Positions 36,554 to 46,165 of a stretch of 64,000 nt of DNA are shown here, piece by piece (position 1 is the first letter of the stretch; each line of letters opens with the position of its first letter). The notes beneath the pieces were generated by a model, which made no database searches, was not told the DNA's origin, and saw only the letters and a program-made list of their open reading frames with translations. This DNA is from an uncultured Gammaproteobacteria bacterium (GTDB lineage Bacteria; Patescibacteriota; Microgenomatia; UBA8517), in assembly GCA_964583685.1 (NCBI GenBank), contig CAZOVJ010000002.1, forward strand, positions 45,055 through 109,054. Reading direction: 5' to 3'. The position numbers and the translations under genes are program-made.

Positions 36554-37726
36554 ATGAATCAAGTTACCAATTTTGACGTATTAATTGTTTACTCTGAAAA
36601 ACTCGCTAACAGTGCGAGTTCTGTGTCTGGAGACATCACCGCGCCTTTTCCTAAAGAGTCTAATAACGAAAGTTACAATTTAGTTTATGGTTACTTTCTA
36701 AAAACCTGTCGAAAAAATAAATTAAAAGCAGCCTTCACTACATCTGCTGATATTATTGGTGCTGGTTTAGTCAGAAGTTATTGGCTTTTCGAAAATAAAA
36801 CTTGGATAAAGATCCGAAAAACAGGCTTTTCTAAAATGATTTTTGACAAATTCTCCCCAACGAGTAAAAGCAGAAAAATGAAGCGTAATTTGCTTTTTTC
36901 TTCAAAACGAATCAGGCCGTTTAACGATCCATACCTTTTTGACCTTTGTTTTGATAAACAGAAAACCTATAAAATGCTAAATAATTTTTCTATACCCACA
37001 GTAACAATAGAAGATAGTACGAGACAAGGTGTTATAAAGGCGCAAAAGCTCCTAAAGGAAAAAATAGCCAAACATAAAAACAGAAGCGACTTCTCAGAAG
37101 AGGTGGTAATGAAGGATAGATTTGGAGCTGGCGGGTTAAATGTTTACAAATTCGGTAACGACCAGACTGAAATGATGATTGCCTCAGTAAAAAAGTATAA
37201 AAGTGTATCTTTTATCATCCAACCCTTTGTGAAATTTGATAAAGGTTTCAGCATTCAAAACTCTTCCAGATCAACCGACATAAGGCTGATATATTTAGGA
37301 CAAAAAATTGTTCAAACATACATAAGAATTGCCAAAAAAGGAGATTTTAGATGCAATGAGCACGCAGGTGGATTGCTAAAATATATATCCAAAAGCGAAG
37401 TTCCCTTGGAAATAACAGCGGTTTCTAAAAGTATAGCCAATACCTTGAATAAAAAGTCTTCGTTGTTTGCTCTTGATTTCATCGCGAGCAATGACGGTAA
37501 TATTTATCTTCTGGAAGCAAATACTGGACCGGGGTTGGATTGGAATTTATCAATCAAGGAAAACGAAATCGAAGCTAAGAAACTAATGAGAATAATTATA
37601 AAAGAAATAGTTAGACGGATTAGCTCGTCAAACAATACTTCTGAAAGAAAAGCTGTAGTAGCTACAGTAAATACTCCTATGATCAGCGAGTACCCAGTAT
37701 CACCAAATATATTAACAACGACATAA
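36554..37726 (+). CDS. ATP-grasp fold protein (RimK/YheC-like)
   Basis: DKQKTY, K...G.GG..V, IIQPFV, DIR, FALDF, LEAN..PG. Confidence 0.8.
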   Translation: MNQVTNFDVLIVYSEKLANSASSVSGDITAPFPKESNNESYNLVYGYFLKTCRKNKLKAAFTTSADIIGAGLVRSYWLFENKTWIKIRKTGFSKMIFDKFSPTSKSRKMKRNLLFSSKRIRPFNDPYLFDLCFDKQKTYKMLNNFSIPTVTIEDSTRQGVIKAQKLLKEKIAKHKNRSDFSEEVVMKDRFGAGGLNVYKFGNDQTEMMIASVKKYKSVSFIIQPFVKFDKGFSIQNSSRSTDIRLIYLGQKIVQTYIRIAKKGDFRCNEHAGGLLKYISKSEVPLEITAVSKSIANTLNKKSSLFALDFIASNDGNIYLLEANTGPGLDWNLSIKENEIEAKKLMRIIIKEIVRRISSSNNTSERKAVVATVNTPMISEYPVSPNILTTT

Positions 37727-37762
37727 ACTACTTAATTTTTATTAGTAGCTTGACACGTCTCC

Positions 37763-37860
37763 TTTTGTATACTGTCTTATTTATCTTATTCAGCCTCAGT
37801 TGTGATACACTCGGAGTAAGCAACTGTGGGCTCGAAGGGTTCTAGACCGATCTAGTCAGC
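37763..37860 (+). repeat. Complete array site
   Basis: ttttgtatactgtcttatttatctta...tgtgatacactcggagtaagcaactgtgggctcgaagggttctagaccgatctagtcagc. Confidence 0.85.
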
Positions 37861-37931
37861 ACCAACTTCTCCTCAAGATAACTCTCATCCACCCTGGACG
37901 GTTAGAACCTAAAGATTATATCATGTAAGTA

Positions 37932-38760
37932 ATGAAATTAACTGTTTTAGTTGACAACAATACGTTTACAGATGAACATTTTTTAGGAGAACCTGGGTTG
38001 TGTTATTGGATAGAAACAGATGGCAAGAAGATTTTGTTTGATACGGGTTTTTCAGATGTTTATCTTAAAAATGCCAAAAAACTAAATATTGATTTATCTA
38101 ACACAGATTGCATTGTTCTAAGTCATGGCCACAATGACCATACAACCGGTCTGAAGAGCTTCCCCCATTCTTCTAAGAAAATTGATTTAATTTCTCATCC
38201 AGATTGTCTTTTTGCCTAAATATCTATCAGACGATTACTATATCGGTTCACCAGTTTCTAAAAAAGAAGCCGGTAAAAACTTCAACTATATTCAATCAAA
38301 AACACCCTATTTCATAACCCAAAATATTGCTTTTCTGGGAGAGATAAAAGAAAATTATGGTTTTGAGAAAAGAAAACCGATTGGTTTTATTATTAGAAAT
38401 AATGAGAAAGAAGACGACCTGTTATTTGATGATTCTGCATTAGCGGTTAGAACAAAAAGGGGTGTAGTAGTTGTGACAGGCTGTTCTCACTCTGGAATCT
38501 GCAATATTGTGGCAACAGCAAAAACGGTCTTTAATGTCAAAAATGTATACTCTGTTATTGGAGGATTCCATCTTAGAGGAAAATATAAAAAAAGACTAAC
38601 AAAGACAGTAGAAGTATTAAAGAAAGAAGTAAATGGACCTATTTACCCTGCTCATTGTTCAGATTTTAAAGCTAAATGTTTTCTCGCAAAACATTTAAGA
38701 ACAGAAGAAGTTTTTGTGAGTAAAATTATCAAGGCCGATGTGATCGAGCTAAGGAGATGA
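37932..38760 (+). pseudogene. MBL-fold metallo-hydrolase split by a +1 frameshift
   Basis: LFDTG and SHGHNDH in ORF1; GCSHSG, GGFH and HCS in ORF2; one extra T in the run at 38209-38213. Confidence 0.8.
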
Positions 38761-39577
38761 TTTTCCTGGCCACGTTTACACCTGTCACCTTTGCAAACCC
38801 AGCAAACTGGGGAGAGAGGTTTGCCTCTAGAAAATAGTACTTATCATCCTCTGCCTGAATTACGTCTACTCCAACAAAATCAGCTTTTGGTCCCCTAGTG
38901 ATTCTTATAGCGTCTTGTTTTATTTTCTTGGGAAGATCGTTAACAGCTTTGTTGATTTTTACCCAGATTCTTCCTTCATTCTTTAGATAGATGTTCTTGC
39001 CAACGATGCCAAGAATTCTGTGTTTTAAAAGTAGGATCCTGTATTCGTTTTTTGCTTTGTGGTATTTTTGAATGATGTACTTAAGAGGGTCTTTTCCCAC
39101 GAAGAAACTCTCCATTTCTTTAGGCTTGTTAAAAATACGTACTCCCCGACCCCGTGAGCCAATTCTAGGTTTTACTATCACCGGGAACCTCAAGAGTCTG
39201 TTTATGTTTCTAGCCAGGAAAGTTTCAGGAGTTGTAATTCCAAGCTTAATAAAGAGGTCAACCTGAAATAATTTATCTTCGTAGAAAGGAAATTTGGAGT
39301 AGCGCTCTCTATCGAGTAAGACGTTCTCGTAATATTTCTTCAGTATCTTCTTGGTAAAGAAACTATAGTCACTTTTGCTATTGTATGGGTCTCTTAGGAT
39401 TATTTTGTCGTGTCGATTTATAGAAAGTGGATTGAGACTTGAATCGAAGATCTTACCATTTTTATAGACAAGCTCCTCACAAAAGTAGGTTTGGCAAGGT
39501 AATGACATTTTCTCTGCCTCCTTTTCTATTGCTTTTCCTCCTCTGTCAACTTTGGTGGTGAATAATACAAGCTTCAT
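38729..39577 (-). CDS. RimK-like ATP-grasp ligase
   Basis: EDKL.Q, TPET, VKP..GS.G.GV, EYR, GVD, LEAN.SP.F. Confidence 0.85.
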   Translation of the reverse strand: MKLVLFTTKVDRGGKAIEKEAEKMSLPCQTYFCEELVYKNGKIFDSSLNPLSINRHDKIILRDPYNSKSDYSFFTKKILKKYYENVLLDRERYSKFPFYEDKLFQVDLFIKLGITTPETFLARNINRLLRFPVIVKPRIGSRGRGVRIFNKPKEMESFFVGKDPLKYIIQKYHKAKNEYRILLLKHRILGIVGKNIYLKNEGRIWVKINKAVNDLPKKIKQDAIRITRGPKADFVGVDVIQAEDDKYYFLEANLSPQFAGFAKVTGVNVARKIISLARSHRP

Positions 39578-39650
39578 GTCGGTCCAATTATATAATTTCT
39601 GCCTATTTAATTCATTGCTAAAGAGAAAAACTTTGCTTACACTTTAGCTA

Positions 39651-40325
39651 GTGGTTTATAGCCTGATTTTTTTCTTACAACTTTTAATTCTTTTCTTGCT
39701 CTCTCGTATTCTCATCCGCGAGCTTTCTGGGCTTTTTTACCGAGTGACTAAAAGTCGCAAGTGGACTGTTTATCTTTTGGCAATAATATTTTTACCGGGA
39801 ACATTCATTCACGAGGTCGCCCATTTTTTGGTGGCCCTGGGCCTCTTGGTTCCGGTAGGGCAAATTGAACTTTTACCAAAGATTGACAAAAATGACCAAG
39901 TCAAACTTGGAAGCCTCTCTGTTGGTAAAACCGACCCAATCAGAAAAACCCTTATCGGTATCGCGCCATTTATCTTGGGAACAACAATAATTCTTACAAG
40001 CCTTTACTGGACGACAACAAATAACCTGACCGAAAACCCCCTGGTCCTAGTTTTGATCGGCTATCTTGTTTTTCAAATCGCAAACACGATGTTTGCCAGT
40101 AAAAAAGATTTAGAAGATGCATGGAAGCTTATTGTTATTTTTATGGCCCTTTACGCAATTTTATATTTCCTGGGCCTTCGCCTCCCATCCATCAACCCAA
40201 ATACACTTTTTTCAAATGAACTCATCGAGCTTGTTAAAAAAGCAAACATATTCTTACTGGTCCCCCTCGCCCTCGATTTTGTCATCATCATTTTTCTCAA
40301 ATCCCTCCAGTACTTAACACTTTGA
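39651..40325 (+). CDS. Membrane protein with HExxH motif (M50-like metalloprotease)
   Basis: LPGTFIHEVAH, IGIAP, TM helices. Confidence 0.7.
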   Translation: MVYSLIFFLQLLILFLLSRILIRELSGLFYRVTKSRKWTVYLLAIIFLPGTFIHEVAHFLVALGLLVPVGQIELLPKIDKNDQVKLGSLSVGKTDPIRKTLIGIAPFILGTTIILTSLYWTTTNNLTENPLVLVLIGYLVFQIANTMFASKKDLEDAWKLIVIFMALYAILYFLGLRLPSINPNTLFSNELIELVKKANIFLLVPLALDFVIIIFLKSLQYLTL

Positions 40326-40410
40326 AAGAATATCTTCTTTTAAGAAGAACAGGAGGTAAAAGAGCTAATTCTAATAAGAGTATTGTTTTGTTAAAATTAG
40401 ATTTATATCA

Positions 40411-40441
40411 GTCGCCTGCTCAGCCAGTTGGAAATTTTTGG
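40411..40441 (+). repeat. Last (partial) array site
   Basis: gtcgcctgctcagccagttggaaatttttgg, sharing the downstream flank with the 36361 copy. Confidence 0.55.
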
Positions 40442-40475
40442 GCAAGGCGATTAAGATTGAAGGGGGGTGATGAGG

Positions 40476-40733
40476 ATGGTTTATAACTTGACCTCTGATG
40501 CAGAAAAACAGAATGAAAAAGGGAAAAATTTAGCTCGAGCCAGGCAATCCTTGATTGAAGAGCTTGATGCCATCAATGTTTATGAGGAAAGAATTCAAGC
40601 AAGCAAAGACAAGAACTTGAAAAAAATTCTTTCCCACAACCGCGATGAAGAAAAAGAACATGCTGTTATGCTCATTGAGTATTTAAGAAAAAATGATTTA
40701 ACCTTTAATAAGATGTTTGATGAGCATGACTAA
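40476..40733 (+). CDS. Ferritin-like protein, encapsulated-ferritin (EncFtn) type
   Basis: ARQSLIEELDAIN.Y..R, HNRDEEKEHA.ML.EYL. Confidence 0.8.
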   Translation: MVYNLTSDAEKQNEKGKNLARARQSLIEELDAINVYEERIQASKDKNLKKILSHNRDEEKEHAVMLIEYLRKNDLTFNKMFDEHD

Positions 40734-40853
40734 ATTAAAACACCTCTTAAAAACCTAATGTTTTGTGAGCGGCCGTCCATCCAAAAGTGTAGGTATCATT
40801 CTTGGTTGGAATGAAATGCGAAAGATAAATTTTATGATATCCTTAAAAGTGAA

Positions 40854-41222
40854 ATGAAAATATATATTGCTCACTCAACAAAATTTAACTTCAAAGACGG
40901 GTTATACACGCCGATTAAAAACTCGCGTCTATATCGCGAGCACGAAGTAATGTTACCTCATGACAACCATAGTTTTTTTAACTCAAGAGAATATATCACA
41001 AACTGCGATGTAGTTATTACAGAAGTTTCGTATCCCTCAACGGGCATGGGCATTGAATTAGGATTGGCAAGTTATACCTCAACTCCAATAATCTGTATCT
41101 ACAAAAAGAAAACAAAGCCCTCAAGATCATTAAAAGAAATATCAAAGACATTCATTGAATACCAAGATTCTGACGATTTGATTACTAGACTAGAGGTAGC
41201 CCTAGACAAATTCAATCGCTAA
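40854..41222 (+). CDS. Nucleoside 2-deoxyribosyltransferase-like protein
   Basis: KIYIAHS, CD..I.EVS.PSTG.G.ELG. Confidence 0.75.
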   Translation: MKIYIAHSTKFNFKDGLYTPIKNSRLYREHEVMLPHDNHSFFNSREYITNCDVVITEVSYPSTGMGIELGLASYTSTPIICIYKKKTKPSRSLKEISKTFIEYQDSDDLITRLEVALDKFNR

Positions 41223-41283
41223 AATTTTGACTTTGTTGGTATTAAATGTTTACATTAATAAATCTAAAAAGGAGGTGAGATGA

Positions 41284-41679
41284 ATGAGCATCGTTGACAT
41301 AATTATCAATTCTCTTCAAGAACTAGCGAATCAGTTGGTTACTTTTGTTCCCAAGGTTGTCATTGCCATCTTTATCTGGTTTATTGGTAAATCAATAATT
41401 AAATTACTTATCAGACTGGTCAAGAAAATTGATATCAAAGGAACGGAAATAGACAATAGAATTATTGATTGGCTAGCAAGAATAGTCTTAGTTTTGGGCA
41501 AATTTTTCCTGATTCTTATCATTCTCGACTATTTCGGAGTCGGCAGAACAATAATCAATGCGATTGTCAGTGGTTTGACTTTTGCCGTCGCCATTACCAT
41601 CGGTATTGCATTTGGTTATGCCCTAAAGCCAGAGGCCAGAGATCTTATTGACTTACTGAAAAAACAAATCAGGAAATAA
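41284..41679 (+). CDS. Small TM protein (MscS TM-helix/CmpX-like)
   Basis: FVPKVV.A..I, GIAFG; AGGAGGTGA RBS; related to 57397-58089. Confidence 0.7.
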   Translation: MSIVDIIINSLQELANQLVTFVPKVVIAIFIWFIGKSIIKLLIRLVKKIDIKGTEIDNRIIDWLARIVLVLGKFFLILIILDYFGVGRTIINAIVSGLTFAVAITIGIAFGYALKPEARDLIDLLKKQIRK

Positions 41680-41963
41680 AGACGAACTCTGTTACACTTA
41701 GGCAATGTCAGAAACTGGAGAGAGTAAGCTGAAATTACCCAGGCGCCGGAGAATTGAGCCTGGAGAAGCTGAACAAATTGCTAAGGCGGGCGGGGCAGCC
41801 GCTCAAGAGATAGAGCCAGCCAAACTTCCTGAGGATAAACCAGAAGCGGAAAAAATCTCCAAGAACTAACTCTTAATCTCTAATTTTATCCGCGGAACAG
41901 AGAATCCCAACCTTAGAAGAAATCCAGATACGTCACATACATCTCTCTTTCTCTCAAGCAACA

Positions 41964-42581
41964 GTGGAGGCCGACTTTTTTCTTTCTCAATTAGGGATTG
42001 GCAAAAAAAGATTTTCTAAGCCTTTCTTTGATTCTTTATATAGCAATTGTGTGGTGTTAATAAGAAGTTCTGAGAGATATGAGAACGAAATGGAAGAGTT
42101 AAGGAAATCACTTGGAATAGAAATGAACACCTTATCTGCCAATATGCAGTTGTTTCTTTCTCCAAGTTTGCTTTACGATCCGCCTAGCCCCCTAGAAGAA
42201 GCCGCCAGAAAGCGCGGAGTAACAATAAGGACAAAGGGCCCTCAGGCAATATTATTTCTTCTTGATGGTATTCCTCAAGAGGCTGAGAACAAAGGAAATT
42301 TTACTGCCAATCTTTTATTTATTAACCATCTAACAGGAGCCTTACTTGAGAAAAGATATCCTTTTGAAAAAGGAGAAAGGCCGATTGAATTTCAACAAAT
42401 AGCAAGAGAGGGGCTTGAGATAGTAAAAGATTATTTAAGAAAATTAGAAGCTCATCCTGATCTGGGGAAAGGATTGAATTTGGCACCGCGGATTGCCCGG
42501 ATTGCCTCCCTTGATGAGAATGGTCTTGACCAGGAAGCACAAAAGATAACTTTATGTCAGACTCTGGCCGAAGATGAGTGA
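41964..42581 (+). CDS. Hypothetical protein (true start uncertain; possible upstream piece at 41705-41869)
   Basis: ORF track plus a short upstream ORF MSETGESKL... Confidence 0.45.
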   Translation: MEADFFLSQLGIGKKRFSKPFFDSLYSNCVVLIRSSERYENEMEELRKSLGIEMNTLSANMQLFLSPSLLYDPPSPLEEAARKRGVTIRTKGPQAILFLLDGIPQEAENKGNFTANLLFINHLTGALLEKRYPFEKGERPIEFQQIAREGLEIVKDYLRKLEAHPDLGKGLNLAPRIARIASLDENGLDQEAQKITLCQTLAEDE

Positions 42582-42614
42582 GCATTTTTTATTTTTTTGT
42601 GCTAGAATCATTAG

Positions 42615-43241
42615 GTGTCGGAAAACACGGAAGAGAAACCAGCTAGAATTATCAGTAAGCGAAAGTTCTTAATCATCCTTGGACTCATCCTTTTACTTGG
42701 AGCTGGAGCCCTTTATTACTTCAGAAGTCTATTTATTGTTGCCTTGATCAATGGCCAACCAATCACCAGGCTGCATTTAATTCAAGAGTTGGAAAAACAA
42801 GGCGGTAAGCAAATCCTTGATGGTATTGTGACCAAAACCCTGGTTTTACAAAAGGCTAAAAAACAAAATATCAGCATCAGCGAGCAGGAAATAAATGGGG
42901 AAATTCAAAAAATAGAAGAAAATCTCAAGGCGCAAAACCAAAAACTTGAGGATATCTTGGCCTATCAGAATACAACTAGGGAAGAGCTTGTCGAGCAGAT
43001 TAGGATGCAGATGATTCTTGAAAAACTAGTGGAAACAAATATTGAGGTAAGCGATGAGGAAGTGGAAGAATATCTGGAAACAAATAAAGATATTTTCCCT
43101 GAAGAGATGGAGCCTGAGGAAATGAAACAAACGGCCAGAGAACAGCTTGGCCAGCAAAAATTAAATCAAGAAATCCAATCTCTCCTAGAATTATTAAGGC
43201 AAGAAGCTCAAATTAATTATTTTGTGGAGTTTAATTTCTGA
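42615..43241 (+). CDS. SurA N-terminal domain / PrsA-like foldase
   Basis: TM anchor, VA.ING..IT, L..A....I.IS..EI. Confidence 0.8.
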   Translation: MSENTEEKPARIISKRKFLIILGLILLLGAGALYYFRSLFIVALINGQPITRLHLIQELEKQGGKQILDGIVTKTLVLQKAKKQNISISEQEINGEIQKIEENLKAQNQKLEDILAYQNTTREELVEQIRMQMILEKLVETNIEVSDEEVEEYLETNKDIFPEEMEPEEMKQTAREQLGQQKLNQEIQSLLELLRQEAQINYFVEFNF

Positions 43242-43525
43242 AGCAATAACTTCCAAAAAGAGGCTCTTTTTCTTTTCTTTTCAAATACCAGCCTTGACCA
43301 AACAGAAACAATAACCCACTTCCCTCTCTCATTTTTCCTGGCCACCACCTCAATCTTTTGGTTACCGTAAGTTTTATAATAAACCCAGGCCCCGCGGCTT
43401 TGGGCATATCTTGACTGATCTGGTCGGCGCCAGGTTGCCCAGGCATCACCCTGCTTTATCCCTCGCTCTTTAAGTCTTTGAAGAGCATGGTTTGTCCAGA
43501 TTACACCACCAAAATTTCTATCCAT
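43217..43525 (-). CDS. Conserved small protein (DUF4258-like)
   Basis: WTNHA.QR..ERGI, W.IVS.W. Confidence 0.6.
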   Translation of the reverse strand: MDRNFGGVIWTNHALQRLKERGIKQGDAWATWRRPDQSRYAQSRGAWVYYKTYGNQKIEVVARKNERGKWVIVSVWSRLVFEKKRKRASFWKLLLQKLNSTK

Positions 43526-43530
43526 TGCTT

Positions 43531-43851
43531 TTATCTGAGAATGTCGTCAAGAATCTCCGAGGCTAAATCCTCTATTTCTTGCTTGAGCAATTTTTCAATA
43601 TCAGCCTCAATCTTTTCTTTTAAATAATTAAACAAGCCCTCATCATAAGGTGTCTCAATAAATTTTCCCAAAAAATCTTCATGATGTTCACGAGGGAGCT
43701 TAGCCAGTAACCAATCTAAAACCCGTTGATGAATCAACTCATCCACTATCTGCCAAAGTTCTTCTCTCTCTTCCGTTGTTTGAGCAAGACTTTTTATATG
43801 GATCTCAATCCTCTCAAAGCTAATCAGTTTGTCATAAAAAACAAGGCTCAT
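43531..43851 (-). CDS. Hypothetical protein
   Basis: In operon, tight spacing. Confidence 0.7.
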   Translation of the reverse strand: MSLVFYDKLISFERIEIHIKSLAQTTEEREELWQIVDELIHQRVLDWLLAKLPREHHEDFLGKFIETPYDEGLFNYLKEKIEADIEKLLKQEIEDLASEILDDILR

Positions 43852-43853
43852 AT

Positions 43854-44819
43854 CTATATCCTGTCTAAGGCAACTTCCGGTAGACTGATTTTATTATAAT
43901 CCACCGGCCCTAAAGGAACTTTGTTTTCCGGGTCATCAACAAAAAACAAAATCACAGCCCCTTTTTTATAGCGGGATCCTCCCAAATAGTGCATTGTCTC
44001 CGGGCTAGCACCAAAGCTCTTGCCTGTCCAGGCCGCTGGCCCGGCATCAGCAATTGCGGCCACTACAGCATTGCCATTCTTGACATTGACAATCAAAACC
44101 TTCCGATATTTATACCAATCTCGCAAATAAGGTTGCCGCCTATTCCAATCTGGAAGATAGAGTGTCTGAACAACAGCATACCATTTTTCTATTTCTGCCA
44201 ACTCCGGAGTTAACTTGTTTTTAGAAGAAGCAAAGTAACCCCAGGCACCAAGCCCAGGAGCCATCCCTTCCCGTAAAATAACACTTTCGCCGTGTTGTCT
44301 CAAAGAATCACCGGGGTAACGTCTAAGATGTTGTTCAGCACCAACATAGCCATATGTTGTATTTAAATGTTCTCCCTCAAGGGTAGCCTTAGTTTTAATA
44401 CCAATTATTTCCTTAAAGAGTTTTTCAAGATATTTCTCCTCAGTCCGCGTCAGAGGACTTACTCTTTTGGGTAGAATCTTGGGTAAGGCATCAAGTAAAA
44501 GTTTCTGTTGTATTGGTACGGTTATTGCCTGCTGGTTTAATTTCTCGACTATCTTGCTCGGAAGAGAAAGGGCTTTTTTGCCAACTGGAGGCGCTAAAAG
44601 AAGAGCACCACTTAAAGCTCCTGCTCCTAAAAGTCGGGCCGAATGTTCCCTTATTTTATCTATCTCAAAATTTTTGTCTTTTAGAAATTTCTCAAACTGA
44701 GGGTAATTTTTAGAGAACTTAGTCTTTGCCTTCAAATGTCTTAATTTGAGTTTTTGTCTTAACTGTTCAGCAGTTATTTTACTTTTAATTCTTTTTTTTC
44801 TTTGAGCAGGTTTGGTCAT
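43854..44819 (-). CDS. Conserved hypothetical protein
   Basis: In operon with gltX; C-terminal VV..IADAGP motif. Confidence 0.7.
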   Translation of the reverse strand: MTKPAQRKKRIKSKITAEQLRQKLKLRHLKAKTKFSKNYPQFEKFLKDKNFEIDKIREHSARLLGAGALSGALLLAPPVGKKALSLPSKIVEKLNQQAITVPIQQKLLLDALPKILPKRVSPLTRTEEKYLEKLFKEIIGIKTKATLEGEHLNTTYGYVGAEQHLRRYPGDSLRQHGESVILREGMAPGLGAWGYFASSKNKLTPELAEIEKWYAVVQTLYLPDWNRRQPYLRDWYKYRKVLIVNVKNGNAVVAAIADAGPAAWTGKSFGASPETMHYLGGSRYKKGAVILFFVDDPENKVPLGPVDYNKISLPEVALDRI

Positions 44820-44820
44820 T

Positions 44821-46101
44821 TTATAAAGCTTGTTTAAGTCTCTTCAGGGCTTCTTCTTTGCCGAGAATAACTATTGATTCATTAATCGGCGGGGTAACCT
44901 TTTTCCCGGTAACGGCAATCCGTAGGTCCATAAAGAAACCAGCGGTCTGGAAATGATTATCTTTTATGAGCCGCAAAAGAGATTTGTTTATTGCCTGAAT
45001 ATCCCATGGTTGCACATTTTCTAAAGATAGAATAGCCGTCCTCAAGTGATTTTGATAATTCTTGCCCAAAAGTTTTTTGTCAACTTTAGGCTTGACAAAG
45101 AAAAACCCGGCCAAACTTTCAAACTCAGATAACTTCCTAATTCTATTTTTAATAAGGGGAATTATTTGCTCAATCATTTTCTGAGGATATTTTCTTTTGA
45201 AAAAATTCCAGATTTGATCCGCCAGCTGGCGGATTGAAGTCTTTCTAATGTAAACACCATTCATCCAATCAAGTTTTTCCAAATTAAAAATTGGTCCGGC
45301 TTTGCGTACTCTTTTCAAATTGAAAACCTCAATAAATTCACTGAGGCTGAAAATTTCCTTGTTTTCAGGATGAGACCAACCGAGAAGACATAAAAAATTT
45401 AGCAAAGCCTGGGGGAAATATCCCTGTTCTTGATACCAAGATAGAGCAACTGGGTTTTTTCTTTTGGAGATTTTACTTCTATCCGGATTTCTCAACAAGG
45501 GAAAATGGGCAAATTTCGGCAACTCAAATCCCAAAGCCTGATATAAAACAATCTGTTTTGGCGTATTGGAAATGTGCTCCTCGGCTCTAATCACATGGCT
45601 AATCTTCATCAGGCTGTCGTCAACAACAACAGCAAAGTTATAGGTTGGATATCCATCTGATTTGAGAATGACAAAATCCTGAATCTGTTCTGCTGGAAAT
45701 CTAATCTCGCCCCGGACTAAATCCTGCCAAGCAACAGCCGATTTCCCTTGAAATTTAAATCTTACTGCGCCCTCGTCTTGATAGGCCTTTTTTTCTTTGA
45801 TAAGTTTTTGGATATATTTTTGATAAATTTCAAGCCGTTCAGATTGTCTATAAGGCCCCTCATCCCACTTAATTCCCAACCAGGCAAGCCCCTGGAGAAT
45901 TACTTTTTCTGCCTTAGGCACACCTCTTTTGATATCCGTATCTTCAATACGCAAAATAAAATCTCCCCCATGTTTTTTAGCAAAGGCGTAATTGAAAAGA
46001 GAAGCATAGGCAGTACCAACATGGACAAAGCCTGTTGGCGATGGAGCAATTCTTGTCCTAATTCTTCGGCTGCGATCAAGAGAACCCTTCTTCATCCTCA
46101 T
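44821..46101 (-). CDS. gltX: Glutamate--tRNA ligase
   Basis: APSPTG.HVG, LRIEDTD, KISKR. Confidence 0.95.
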   Translation of the reverse strand: MRMKKGSLDRSRRIRTRIAPSPTGFVHVGTAYASLFNYAFAKKHGGDFILRIEDTDIKRGVPKAEKVILQGLAWLGIKWDEGPYRQSERLEIYQKYIQKLIKEKKAYQDEGAVRFKFQGKSAVAWQDLVRGEIRFPAEQIQDFVILKSDGYPTYNFAVVVDDSLMKISHVIRAEEHISNTPKQIVLYQALGFELPKFAHFPLLRNPDRSKISKRKNPVALSWYQEQGYFPQALLNFLCLLGWSHPENKEIFSLSEFIEVFNLKRVRKAGPIFNLEKLDWMNGVYIRKTSIRQLADQIWNFFKRKYPQKMIEQIIPLIKNRIRKLSEFESLAGFFFVKPKVDKKLLGKNYQNHLRTAILSLENVQPWDIQAINKSLLRLIKDNHFQTAGFFMDLRIAVTGKKVTPPINESIVILGKEEALKRLKQAL

Positions 46102-46165
46102 TGAATTCTATCATCCTTTAGCCTTATACTCAAAAGGCAGGGCACAGTCCTGCCTTATACATAAA

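Larger units (their letters stand above)
7513..40441 (+). mobile_element. Putative gene-cassette array / genomic island downstream of tRNA-Gln
   Basis: More than 20 same-strand copies of a conserved intergenic element separate unrelated accessory modules; no integrase or transposase seen in the window. Confidence 0.7.

Noticed and set aside
7513-40441. Classical integron (intI/attC)
   Set aside because: No tyrosine recombinase ORF, and the sites lack RYYYAAC/GTTRRRY ends.
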